Positions 1-12,026 of a DNA stretch of 64,000 nucleotides are shown piece after piece. Numbering within the stretch: the stretch's first letter is position 1; each line of letters opens with the position of its first letter. The translations under genes and the position numbers were made by a program. Origin of the DNA: Basidiobolus meristosporus CBS 931.73 (taxonomy: Eukaryota > Fungi > Basidiobolomycota). The DNA lies in NCBI GenBank assembly GCA_002104905.1, contig MCFE01000204.1:66453-130452 (forward strand), in the 5' to 3' direction. The notes beneath the pieces were generated by a model. The model was not told where the DNA came from. It was given only the letters and a program-made list of their open reading frames with translations, and ran no database searches.

Positions 1-1562
1 GTGACCTACGTGGGGGTAAGTTAGCCTCAAGCTATGATGAAGGCAGGAATGCCGCTAATCTCTATGCAGTCCATTCTCTTCTATTCTACCGAGAAGTCGT
101 ACATTCTGATGAACCTAGCCTGGCTTGTTGGAAGGTATGACCAAGTATTTACAGACGAGTTTTCCACCTTACTAAACCTATCCATCGATTACCAAGTGGA
201 GGCACGCTGTTCTTCGACTTCACGGTAACTAGTCTATTCGCGACACTCGCTGCCATTGCATGAAGTTTTAACTCTTGTCTCAAGATTTTTTATCAATTTT
301 GGATCTATCGAGGAATCAAGCGCAATGCCGATGGATATAGCGTATTTTCCACCAATGAAAGCACATTCTCAGACTAACCTGCCATACAACGCTTACCTTA
401 AAAACCCGTCAACCTAATATGTAATATTTATACTGGCAAATCCACACAAATGCACCAAATTTTCTACAGGTTGTCCCTAATGATAATTCTACATGTCACA
501 TGACCCAATTCGCCGTGTGGCTGATGTATATATAAAGTGGATCGATTAAACTTTTTCCATTCCAGGTTGTCATTTTCCATGGCGTGTTCTCGACTTCTGG
601 TTGCTTCCTGGTGCCTGCGCAACGGTGAGAGTGCCTTATAATAGCCCACCACAGTGCCAAATCCACTAGTTTCCCACGATCACGGTCTCGTACCAGCCAA
701 GATTTCAGGTTGTGGGACTGCAAAGATGTCATTAGGTAGGGTGGTGTTGGAAATTACTCGTTCGAAGTAGGTGGTTTGGCTTCAGTGAATGATAGGATTA
801 GAAGAGCTCAGGATGGCATCGGCAGTGTATTCGTCATAGAGAGAGTGCATACCGGCTACGTAATCAGCACTGTCAAGCCATCATACACCAAAATAAGGCA
901 TCCCTAAGTTTCTATTTCTCCGTTCTTGGCCTTCTCATAAGGAGACGTGCCACATAATGTGTCATCCAGATGAATGGAGCTTGGTTCCTGCCTTCGAAAG
1001 CAGTACGCATCCTATAAGATCTGGACTTGTCATCCGGTTGTATAGATGCTATCGTTACTCGTTTGAAATTGGAACATAGGCCATGTCACCGGTTTCAGCG
1101 CCATATTGGTAAGCACATTCCGTACGAATCCTGGGCTGAGCATATAGCCTGGACATCGTTACCTTGCCATACAAGCCTCAAAGCATCCTTGGCCCACTGT
1201 GACATTATAGGATGACTAGATAGGAGGAATTGCATGATATCACCTCATTTACACATTGGCATTTCGAGATGCTCGCAATGATTGCTGGTGGAGTGATCTA
1301 CTTCTTGTAATGTTGGTCAACCATCAGGAATGAATGGCATCTCGTATGTATTGAATTAGTAATGGCTGACTCAGGCTGCTTGGTTGTTTCAAAGGTTTCA
1401 AGACGAAAGCGTCACGAGTAGGCCTACGTTATGTGCATTGACTAGCATATCTCACATAACACATAGATATTACACTGTTCTCATTGGAGGGTGCGAAAAC
1501 ACCAAGGATTTAAATACCAATCGCACCCTTTTCTACTTTATCCAGCATTGGAGACTTGAATC

Positions 1563-3062
1563 ATGGGCATTAGCAAAAACGATACATCCCAAACTCTTGA
1601 ACTACCTGATGGGAAGTCCATCCAGGTAAACACTCACCTTTTCATCAATGGCGAGTTTGTCCCTTCACACAGCGGGAAAACTTTCGAGACAATCAATCCT
1701 GTCACTGAAAAGGTGATCTGCAAAGTCGCCGAAGCTGACGAAAAGGATATCAATAATGCTGTTCAAGCTGCCAAAGAGGCCTATTTCAGTGTTTGGTCCA
1801 AAACTACTGCTTCAGAGCGAGGCCGCCTACTTTACAAACTTGCTGATTTGATGGAACAGCACACGGAAGAGTTATCCCTACTCGAATCTCTCGACAATGG
1901 TAAAACCGTGTCTGACGCGAAGAATGTTGATATTCCTGGGGCAATTGGATGCTATCGCTATTATGCAGGTTGGGCCGACAAGATCCATGGAAAAGTTATC
2001 CCCACCTCTGATTTGAATCAGTTTAGCTACACTCGACACGAGCCGATCGGTGTAGTCGGGTGCATCATACCATGGAATTTCCCTGTTCTCATGCAAGCAT
2101 GGAAGCTTGGTCCTGCCCTGGCTACAGGAAACACTGTAGTCATAAAGCTGGCCGAGCAAACCCCGTTAACTGGGCTGTATATCGCCAGATTAATCAAAGA
2201 AGCGGGATTCCCTCCTGGTGTTGTAAACGTGATAAACGGCTTTGGCAAAGTCGCTGGAGTGGCGCTTGCTTCTCATCCGGATGTTCATAAGATCGCATTC
2301 ACCGGGTCAACCGTTACTGGACGTGCGATCATGAAAGCTGCTGCTGACAGCAACATCAAGAAAGTATCATTAGAGCTGGGCGGCAAAAGTCCGAACATCA
2401 TCTTTGCTGACGCAGATATTGACAAGGCAGTTCAATGGTCCAGTTCAGGCATATACTTCAACCACGGCCAGTGTTGTTCCGCAGGATCACGCATTTATGT
2501 TCAGGAAAGCATATACGACGAGTTCTTGGAAAAGTTTAAGAAACATGCCCAATCAATCCAGCTTGGAGATCCATTCGACTCAAAGACTACACAGGGCCCC
2601 CAGGTATCCAAACTTCAGTTCGACCGAATTATGGATTATATCGAACTAGGTAAGAAAGAAGGCGCTACTTGTGAATTAGGAGGAAAGCGATGGGGTGAGG
2701 TTGGATATTATATTCAGCCAACTATCTTTACCAATGTCAATGAAAATATGAAAATTATGAAGGAGGAGATATTCGGTCCGGTGGTGGCCATTTGTAAATT
2801 CAAGGATGAAAACGACGCGCTTGAGAAAGCCAACGCTTCAGCATATGGATTAGCTGCTGCTGTCTTTACCACCGATATGTCCAAAGCAATCAAGATGTCC
2901 AACGAGCTTCAAGCTGGTACTGTTTGGGTGAATTGTTATAACGTTCTCGACAGTACCACACCCTTTGGTGGTTACAAAGAGTCTGGATTTGGACGAGAGC
3001 TAGGAAAGTATGCTTTGTCGCTTTACACCCAGATTAAGACGGTCAAGATGAATGTCGCCTGA
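1563..3062 (+). CDS. NAD(P)-dependent aldehyde dehydrogenase (ALDH1/2-like), single exon
   Basis: 499-aa ORF with IIPWNFP, FTGSTVTG, catalytic Glu motif LELGGKSP, catalytic Cys motif FNHGQCCSAGSR, EEIFGPV and PFGGYKESG. Confidence 0.95.
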   Translation: MGISKNDTSQTLELPDGKSIQVNTHLFINGEFVPSHSGKTFETINPVTEKVICKVAEADEKDINNAVQAAKEAYFSVWSKTTASERGRLLYKLADLMEQHTEELSLLESLDNGKTVSDAKNVDIPGAIGCYRYYAGWADKIHGKVIPTSDLNQFSYTRHEPIGVVGCIIPWNFPVLMQAWKLGPALATGNTVVIKLAEQTPLTGLYIARLIKEAGFPPGVVNVINGFGKVAGVALASHPDVHKIAFTGSTVTGRAIMKAAADSNIKKVSLELGGKSPNIIFADADIDKAVQWSSSGIYFNHGQCCSAGSRIYVQESIYDEFLEKFKKHAQSIQLGDPFDSKTTQGPQVSKLQFDRIMDYIELGKKEGATCELGGKRWGEVGYYIQPTIFTNVNENMKIMKEEIFGPVVAICKFKDENDALEKANASAYGLAAAVFTTDMSKAIKMSNELQAGTVWVNCYNVLDSTTPFGGYKESGFGRELGKYALSLYTQIKTVKMNVA

Positions 3063-3212
3063 GATTGCACCTCTTTAAATTCTCACAAATAGGAAAGTTT
3101 CTTAAATGAACATCGTTCAAAATATCACTCAACTACTTTATTGCAGCTAAAAGTAAAAGCGGTCTGAATGTATAATAAATTGCTATCGTAGCAATATCAA
3201 CGATACAATCAG

Positions 3213-3389
3213 TTAATATTTCAGTATTATGTAAAAAGCATGGATTACCCCAGGAATGTATCCAAGAAGAGTTAAGGCGATGTTGATTAAGAGGTCACAA
3301 TGGCATGGACCACGTTCCAGCAGCACTCCCAGTGGGGGAAATATGACGGCGAAGAAAAACTTAAAGATGTCTGTGCAAGTTAGTGCCAT
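3213..3389 (-). CDS. PMP3: Plasma-membrane proteolipid 3 (Pmp3/UPF0057)
   Basis: MALTCTDIFKFFFAVIFPPLGVLLERG...DLLINIALTLLGYIPGVIHAFYII: two hydrophobic helices with the FPPLGV and LGYIPG family motifs. Start placed at the second Met of the ORF. Confidence 0.88.
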   Translation of the reverse strand: MALTCTDIFKFFFAVIFPPLGVLLERGPCHCDLLINIALTLLGYIPGVIHAFYIILKY

Positions 3390-3840
3390 CTTAGTGATTG
3401 ATGTGGCACATTGCAATGCGACAATGCTCTTATATAATTTGCATAGACTAGCATGTAATGCAGCAAGGGATATTATTTATCATTACCCCTATCTCCTCTG
3501 TGCGGCCAACGGGTTGAACAATGATATTGGAGAAGGCTACATTTTGCAGTCTAACTCCTTATATCGTGTTGAACCCCTCAAATCAAACTTGCAGCTTGGG
3601 GTATGGAAACCCTGATCAGAACTGGAATAAATACTGGCTAGCCTTTATACATGGGTGTTGTTTGTAACATGGATCATTTCCATGGTGAATAGTGTGTATG
3701 AATACTCATGGGAAAAGTGAAAGTAGAATACTCATGTTTAATTGATAAAGCTTTAACCAAATGGAAAAGGATTATTGTAAGGGCAATGGTGGGTACGAGT
3801 TAGCAGAATCATTAAGACGCTAGGAGTTGATAGAGGTGAT

Positions 3841-4569
3841 TCATGCCATTACATCGTCGTAATATGTACCATCGATGACACCGCCTCGCATACTGCGGCG
3901 GACGTTTCCTTCGAAATGTCGTCGATCAGTTCTCAAATCTTGAGCAGCTTCTACGCTCCGCCGGAATTTACATTAGAAAATGAAAGTCATTCGAATACTT
4001 CTATATATCTTGGCAAACCTTTGTTCAACGGATCGTCGGCATTCGGTTCAAGGAACAGGTACTGGAGCCCTACCACCACGGAGTTGATATTAAGCACAGG
4101 TTTCCAATCTTCACGTAAAATGTTTAGACAGATATTCCCTTCGAGGTCAATGTTGGGATGGTATATCTAGGGCATAAATGAGAAACATAACTTCGGGAAG
4201 AGCAAGAAGGGCAAGTAGTACCTTTTGAGTGCAGTGAACTTTCGGGGGTTCATGTGGATAGTTGTTGTTGATTTTGAAGGTGAACTTGAATTCACCATTT
4301 TTATAGAAGCCTTCGTCTGGCTTGATGCTCAAGTCGAAATTCAACAAATCCTCAGGAGATGGGAACGTCATCTCCATAGTTTTAGGTAATTCCAATTCCG
4401 AGAGATCTAGAGGGGACAAGTTAGCATAAAGAAATGCTGACAACGCAGGATTCTCCAGGAAAGCCAGCACAACAGTACCTTTTTGGACGCGTATCTGGGC
4501 AGCACTGACTTTGGGCTTTTTCTTCTCGGCAGCGGCGGCCTCTTTTTTCATACTAAAGAGTTTGATCAT
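3841..4569 (-). CDS. UBC12: NEDD8-conjugating E2 enzyme, about 4 exons
   Basis: N-terminal MIKLFSMK extension typical of Ubc12, then [21 protein letters not shown] and [25 protein letters not shown] (catalytic Cys). The last exon ends in TGA at 3843-3841. Confidence 0.92.
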
Positions 4570-5230
4570 GATTCTTTACAAAGGCTAGGAATGTTAGGTG
4601 GGTGAAATAGTATCAAGTACAGAGGACGAAATATGCTGCTACTAGAATGACGCACCAAGAATTTCTGAAACATCGATACAATGGCGATTCCAATATTTTA
4701 CAGACTTCGAATCGAGAGGATTCGAGCCGCAATTAAGTGATCATTCCCAGTTCTGGATCATTACATCACTCCGGTCATCGGATTCCATATGGACATTTGA
4801 CGAATTCCCATAAAGCCGTAAAGCTCTGGAACCCTGTCAATGAACATTGATCTTGGGTGACAGGATTTGCGATGCTTTGTTATCTGCCTAAACTGTATTC
4901 AGGAACAGATGACACTATGGCTCTTGACAGAAAGGATTCCCAGCTGTCGCTGCGAGATTATTGGTAGCCCGTGAAGGCTTGTCAACTGACCCGGTCTCAA
5001 TGGACACCAGGCTTCTAGCCACTGAGCAGCGATGTGCCTTGGCTATTGGTAATGAGCTGCATGCATTAGATGTGAAGGGTTTATTGAAGCCTTAAGGTTA
5101 CTAGTAGTGACCAGAGGGTGCGTGTCGTACACAGATAACAGCTTGATTCAAGGATTAAATTATATGCGAGTGTCGGGAGAACATTCCATCTGGAGACTGA
5201 TCATACACAAAAGAAGGCCATCGGGGACGC

Positions 5231-5698
5231 TTAATGCCCAGGAAGAGCGTTACGAACATTGTTCAGCAGGTTTTGTGCAGTTGCTGCGAAATTGCCAACA
5301 TAAGGCTCAAGTGTAGAGCGGCATGTCTCGATGACCTCATTGGTTGGCTTCTTGATGATAGGAAACTTTCCTTCCAAATAATCCAATGACTTGCAACCGA
5401 TATCGTCTACCTGTTGGATCTGGCGCTGGAAATGGGTTTGTACAGGCTTAATGGCTTTGGTCACGGTGCTGAATGCGGAGTTAGCAGTGTCCGCTACAAG
5501 ATGGACATAGCGGGAGTTCGAGTGTTCAATGTAGCTTCTAACTGCGTTGACGCTATCTTGTACCACCGGAATTTCGTATATGCGGGTGGCCATATGAAGC
5601 TCACTGTCCCCTGTAGTGTTTCCGTTATTGGTTGAGTTTTGTTTTTTGGAGTTCTCCTTAGAGGCGGCATGACTGTTGGCGTTGGGTTCTTGGCTCAT
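5231..5698 (-). CDS. Perilipin (PAT-domain)-like lipid-droplet protein; 3' end uncertain
   Basis: RIYEIPVVQDSVNAV...QIQQVDDIGCKSLDYLEGKFPIIKKPTNEV resembles the perilipin N-terminal domain. I could not confidently place any further exons. Confidence 0.55.
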   Translation of the reverse strand: MSQEPNANSHAASKENSKKQNSTNNGNTTGDSELHMATRIYEIPVVQDSVNAVRSYIEHSNSRYVHLVADTANSAFSTVTKAIKPVQTHFQRQIQQVDDIGCKSLDYLEGKFPIIKKPTNEVIETCRSTLEPYVGNFAATAQNLLNNVRNALPGH

Positions 5699-8520
5699 GA
5701 TTAATTGTAAGTGTGGATTCAATCCGAACGTTGGGAGGTTAGAAAGGTGTTTCAACTAGACGAGGCGCTATTCCGCCTTATATTTCCTCTAGACCTCCAC
5801 TCGGTCATCGATATCGCCAAGTCATCAGTTGATTCAGAATCATGTGCTGATATATCACACTAGGATGCGAATTTGGCCTATCATCTGCCAATAAGTAAGC
5901 CAGCAGGAGAAGATTCCAAGTAAATGTAAGATAGTGAGAAAAGGACAATTTCCTAGGTGGCAATCACATGAAATTGATGCTGTGGATACTTCAAGCTCCT
6001 TGAATTAGCTGAAAGTGAATTAGTGATACATCAGCTTGGGGACCATAACATGCAGCCTACATCGAGCAGTATTTGCAATTCACGTAGAAAAGACAAATCT
6101 ATTGGTTTCCATTGCGTTTGAACCACGGAAAGATGGTGACGGAAAATCATATCCATTTTTAGATGAACTGAATGTGGGCTATCTAAGCTCAGCATACACA
6201 TGAAGCCCTGAGCATAGTGTATAGTGGCGGGGGACGACAGCTTGCTGAACCGGATCATGAGTCAAGATGCACAAACTTTTGAATATTGGACATGAAGTGC
6301 CAGTGTGCCATTCATTTTCGGGTGGGATTTTCGTAGGCATGTAGCAGATTGCTTTATTTTAAATAGGTCCCAGCAACAAACCATCGCCACTATGTAGTAC
6401 CTGTTTGTGATCTGGAGATATATGTTGGGTGAGAGACTCGGTGTGCCTCAACAATAGCCTCGTGGTAGGAAATGCCTAACCGCATATAACACGGCAACAG
6501 AGTATCACGGGTGACAATAGAGGGATAGGGAGAGAGATGCCCCAAAACTGTTGGTCAAGACTTATCTCTTCATCTAATTCCGGGCAGTCTTGATCTGCAA
6601 CCGACTCAGTCTATGTTTGGAATCGGATTCAGGAATACAGAATCCGTGTCTTTAACTAGCTTCGTCAACAGAATCAAGATATACCGCTCATTCAAATTGC
6701 AAGAACTCTTAGAAACCGGAAATGCCAGATAATATTTTCCAACCAGCTACCATAATAACAATCATACCGTCGATTGGCACCAGTCATGCAGCTTGATTGC
6801 AAACAACATTAAAAACGATGGTGGAACACGCACCAAGATAAACATTACCTTGAAGCGATGCATCTAAATGCTGTCATCCGAAACTTTTACTGCACTGGGC
6901 ATCGAAGGATTGTTTGAAGATGCTCAGTAGAGTTAAAGCAAATAACTATGAGACTAGCACCATTAGGCTCCGGCCCTTCTAGCGTTATGGTGGATGGTTA
7001 TGGATGATTTGCCATGATAACAAGCACAAGGGGCCTGTGTAGTTGTTATATGGAGCTGAGAAAAACAAGGATCTTTATGTAGGGACCATGTTTCAAGCAA
7101 AAGCACCCTTCACCCAGTTGTTAATGCGTATCCTTATTATATCCTTATGGAGAATCAGTCCTAGTCGACACAGACCAAGGGCTTTGGAAAGATTGGATTA
7201 CGGATGGTAACGACCGTTGGGATGACAACATGATCAAAACGTCTATGCACCTCCTCATTACGTCTCTTGCATGTGTCATAGAAATCACATGGAAACCATC
7301 AACCACCCAATTAATGTGTACACGGACTGAAGACAGTCACATCTGATAATACTAGTCTGTTGGCACATTTACCACCTCCGCACAGATCTAGTATTGTGAT
7401 TATCACCTGGTGGCTTGCTCAGATTCGTTACCAAAGAATGGTTTTAAGGGGCACTATACAAGCATGCAGCTCGTTCAAGGAGAACGGCTTACAGCTACTA
7501 CCATCATGATATTGGTCTGAGGGGCTAAGCACCCTGTTGCGTTTCACCTTTCAAAATCGGCACCCAAAGGGGTAGGACAAATACTCTATCAATACGAAAG
7601 TCTGTATGTGGTGACATATGATCTGCTGTTGATATCAATCCGCTATCATAACCATTAATAGGCTCCGTTCCTCAAAGAGCTAGCTGTACCCTTGACAGTG
7701 AAGCAGGATTACAGTCCCTACAACAGTAAGTAAGACACGACCTGAACCATTGCATCGGGTGGCACTGACCGCCTCAATCATCATTGTAATGACATCTGTC
7801 TTTAAGCGTTCATTCAGGGAGCTTACCAATTTCCGGACCGTTTATCGAGCGTATTCTCACCAACTGGATATATATAGTTATCCTAGGTGCTATATGGGTT
7901 GCGTATAGGCCTCATCTTACCAAATATGGATTGGCGGTGCTCATTGGTCAAGATACCCTGTACGCATAGATTCACAGTCAAGATGGAGTACGCCATTCCG
8001 TGATAATGAGATTCACTTTGATGCGCTTATTAACGCTCCTGTTAACCCTGTGAAATGTATGTTTTGCAAGCAGGTGAAGAATCAAATTTACTACAATCAA
8101 CCAGAGTTCTATTGTAAATGTCAATCACGAGGAGATTTTGAAATTAGATTGAGGTGTGCTCTTGGATTCAGATATGAATAACATCTCGCAGATATCCTAA
8201 CCATCAACCTTTCCCGAGAAAAATTCGCGACTTTACAATAGGAGTTTCCTGTACAAGCTACACTCTTAGGTTACAAATCTAAACCCAAGCTCCTTGTCTC
8301 GTTCTTTATATCTTTAGTCCCAGTGGTAATTACATTGTCAGTATACTCAACTTACATAGCAATACTACACTATCGTCGCAATTGCTCAGCGCGCATAGAT
8401 TGACAGTTTATTCACAGTTTCCCACCGTGTAGCACGTTGTGGGGAGTATAAAAATATTAGTTCAAGTCTAGGAACTTTGACTTTCCTGTGTTCCAACCAG
8501 TTTGTATACATACTTCAGAA

Positions 8521-11499
8521 ATGGAGATTTCTAGTAGAAGGCGTGTAAAAGTTTACGAGCTAGCAAGCGATAACGCCTGGCAAGACAGAGGGACTGGTTA
8601 TTGTGTATGCATGTACATTGAGGTATATATTTTCCTTTTCCATTATGTCACGAATTTGCTGCCTGGAGCTTAGGAGCCCTCCTGAGAGATGTGCCTTTTT
8701 GGTAATATAAATTCTTAACATTTTTGTCAGGACAAGCAGGAGTTGTATCTCCATGTTGTAGCAGAAGAGAGCAACACCCTTCTCCTAAATTCGAAAGTAC
8801 GGAAAGGAGATGTATACCAGAAACAGCAAGGCATGTCTTGATGAATATACACCGCATACATATAGCTAAAGAGTAACCTCTTTTAAAAATCGATCTTCTA
8901 GATTCTCTAATAGTATGGACTGAGACCAACGGGAAAGATCTAGCCCTGAGCTTTCAAGAAGCAGAAGGTTGCACTGAAGCGTGGTCAGTTACGCCATCAA
9001 TAATTATTACAACGCTAGGTTTTGACATCGCGTTGCAGGGACATCATCGCCGATATGCAAAAAAGGCTTCCTGGATTACCATATGGTAATATATCAGCGA
9101 TATTTATGACTCACCAGCATTTAACACGTTGAAAGTAGAGCTTGGAGAATCTCACAGAGAATTATCCGATAGTCAAATAACTTTACCTAAACCCGGACTT
9201 TCAAATCTTACGGAAATTGAGTCAATTATCAAAAAGTTCGGACGATTTGTGTACGGGCGGGATAATTTGACTTCTTATGTAGTCCACGAGGTAATCAAGT
9301 ATCATACTACCGACTGATAGAGAAACCCTACTGAACTTGCCCACTTAGAAATATATTGACCAGCTTTTGCCAATCTTTGAGAAGTGCGAGCGCATCAAAA
9401 ATGAAAAGGCCCTTTTTACGTTGTATAGCATCGTGAAGAGCTTAAGTGTGTGCATTATCTTTTTGACTGACTTTTCAATAGATGTTAACCACTTGGCGAT
9501 ATAGTACTGTTGAATGAAAATTGTATCTTCGAATATATTGTCCAGAGCCACATTATTCTTGGTGTTGTGGGTATTCTAGAATGTAAGGGTGGTTTGGATA
9601 CCGCACGTTCACGCTCTATATTCATGCCACTATGTCGTCTAGACGATCCGGATTATCCTAACGCAAAGCCCAAGTACCGCGAATACCTCGGAGACAATTT
9701 GCACTTCAAACAGGTACGTCTTTGGTGAATAGACTCCCCATCATATCCTCGTTAACTCTCAAATCAACTAGGTTATTCCAATCCGAGACAAAGCGATTGA
9801 GAGCAAAATCCATCAAACATTTCGCCTACAATACTTGAAAGATGTTGTACTGGCTCGGACTCTAGACGACAATACATTCTCTATCCTGAATTCACTAATC
9901 TTTTTCAACAACGTCGATATCGTCAATTATTTACAGCATGATCACGAATTTCTTCGTGAGCTGTTTAGCATATTCAACAACCCTGATGAACCCCGCGAGA
10001 GGAAGCGAGATGCTGTATTCTTTGTGCGTCAATTTTGCTCTATTGCTAAAAATTTGGCCATTATCCATTGCTCCGGCCTATACAGGTGATGACCGTTTTG
10101 AGTTATTCACTATATCTTTCATCCACTTTCTAATTTGGCTAATGGCAGATCCCTTAGTCAGCACGGATTATTCTGCACTCTTGACTATGCATTGCCAAAT
10201 GCCGATGCGACTGTTCGCATAGTTGGTGCAGAAATATTGTGCACTATACTGGACCTAGATCCAAATCTCGTGCGTTCATACATCTTGGCGCAAGCTAAAC
10301 AGAATCAGAAGCCGCTTATAGAGACAGTTGTGGAACGCTTGATAGTCGACGACGACATCGGAGTTAAAGTACAATATGGAGAGGTCTTGAAGGTTCTACT
10401 AGATACTTCACCCCCATTTAACGAGCAATCCCTCGTAAACCCTGTTGAAGCTTTGATGGCTCCCAAGTCGGATCCCGAATCGGATGAGCTGTTAAGTATG
10501 TTCTACGAAAGGTATATGGGCAAACTATTTGAACCCATTATGCAATTTCCAGAATATGATGGTATGGAGAAGGAGCTTATTCTTTCACCCCCCAAACTGG
10601 CTTATTGCTCTTTGTTGTGTGAATTATTATGCTTCGCGGTTCGTTCCCATTCGTTCCGCAGCAAATATTTTATTCTGTCTTCGAATATCTTCCTCAAAAT
10701 CATCACCCTATTCAGAAGTCGGGAAAAACATCTCAAGCTGGGGGTACTGCGATTCTTTCGTACCTGCATCGGGCTACGTGATGAGTTCTACAACAGGTTT
10801 ATAGTAAAACACGATTTATTCAAGCCAGTTGTGGATTTACTTCTGGCCACAGAGGGAAAAAACAACTTGATGAACTCTGCATGCTTGGAGCTTTTCGAGT
10901 TCATCCGAAAGGTATGCCACGGTACAATTCCCCGGGGGCATGATAGGGTTCTCGGTTAATCCTTTTGATATTTGTAGGAAAATATGAAACTGCTCATGAA
11001 CTACACGGTCCAGAAGTACTACGAACAACTACGCGCGATCAACTACGTAGAGACGTTCCAAATGCTTAAACAAAAATATGACCAATCTGAGAAACTGGCC
11101 ACACAAGAATTGAAACCCAACCCTGGGACTGAGATATGTAGTTCCACTGACGAAAAAGCGCCACTGGAAGATGCTCCACGTGCTCAGAACGTAGAAAGCA
11201 GTAGTGCTCGTGTCGATATACTAGACGCCGAAAACGATCCCAAGAGCAGTGCTGTCGATAAACTCGATTCAGTGGCCCACCAGGAGAATAGAGTTTTACA
11301 CAATGCGAAAATCAAAAGCAACCATACAAGCACCGAGAACAACGTAGACAAACCACCTAATTCCCGAAAGAAACGGGCCCGCTCGGATGAGTCAACCAAG
11401 GGGATAGTTGGAGGTGACAAGAAGGTCAAGGTAGATGCTGAACTCAATCATACTGTGAAAATACCCGGTTCAAATGGCAATCCCTCTACTTTTGCTTAA
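8521..11499 (+). CDS. PSY2: Protein phosphatase 4 regulatory subunit 3 (Psy2/SMEK/SMK-1), multi-exon
   Basis: N-terminal RRRVKVYEL...WQDRGTGYC, YQKQQ|DSLIVWTE, FKQVIPI, HQTFRLQYLKDVVLARTLDDNTFSILNSLIFFN and NNLMNSACLELFEFIRK|ENMK, followed by a low-complexity tail. Confidence 0.92.
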
Positions 11500-12026
11500 A
11501 CAATAGAATACACCCTGCCTTGTATCCTTTCGGATGTTTTGAAACAGCTCTACATGTATATACAGTTACTGATCGTATTATGCAACACCATGTAGAGATT
11601 GAACGAATCGTATGAGCTCCCTAAACTCTAAGTCTTACTTGGTTCCCAAGAAAATCACCAAATCTCGCAAACAAATTCGCATGGTATTCTAATATTAAAC
11701 ATGATTAACCTTCATTACAACTGGCATGGGTGTTCTTCTGGAGCGTGTTTGGGATTGCCCGATATATCCTGAGCTTGCTTGAAATTGTAAATAAATTTGA
11801 TTGTTGGCAGGGATCCAAGGAGATAGGACATATGATGTTTAATGGTCCCAAACATCTGGTAAAAATATTGAGGAAAGCACAGTCGCCAAGCAGCGCGACA
11901 ATGTCATAATTGAGGTTGATTTAGAAAAACTGGGATTTCTTCTATTTCAATACAGATGGAAAGCTTCATGTTACAAAAAAAGATATGGAAAGGGTAGAAC
12001 GAGAGAGAAAGGGCGAGAAAAGTGAC

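Noticed and set aside
1-1500. Possible pseudogene or transposon relic before ALDH
   Set aside because: Only short, stop-interrupted frames with no motif I can name.
1563-3062. Intronless ALDH (and intronless Pac2-like gene) as a retrocopy or horizontal transfer
   Set aside because: No poly(A) remnant or TSD, and the sequence is eukaryotic ALDH-like; intronless genes alone are not evidence.
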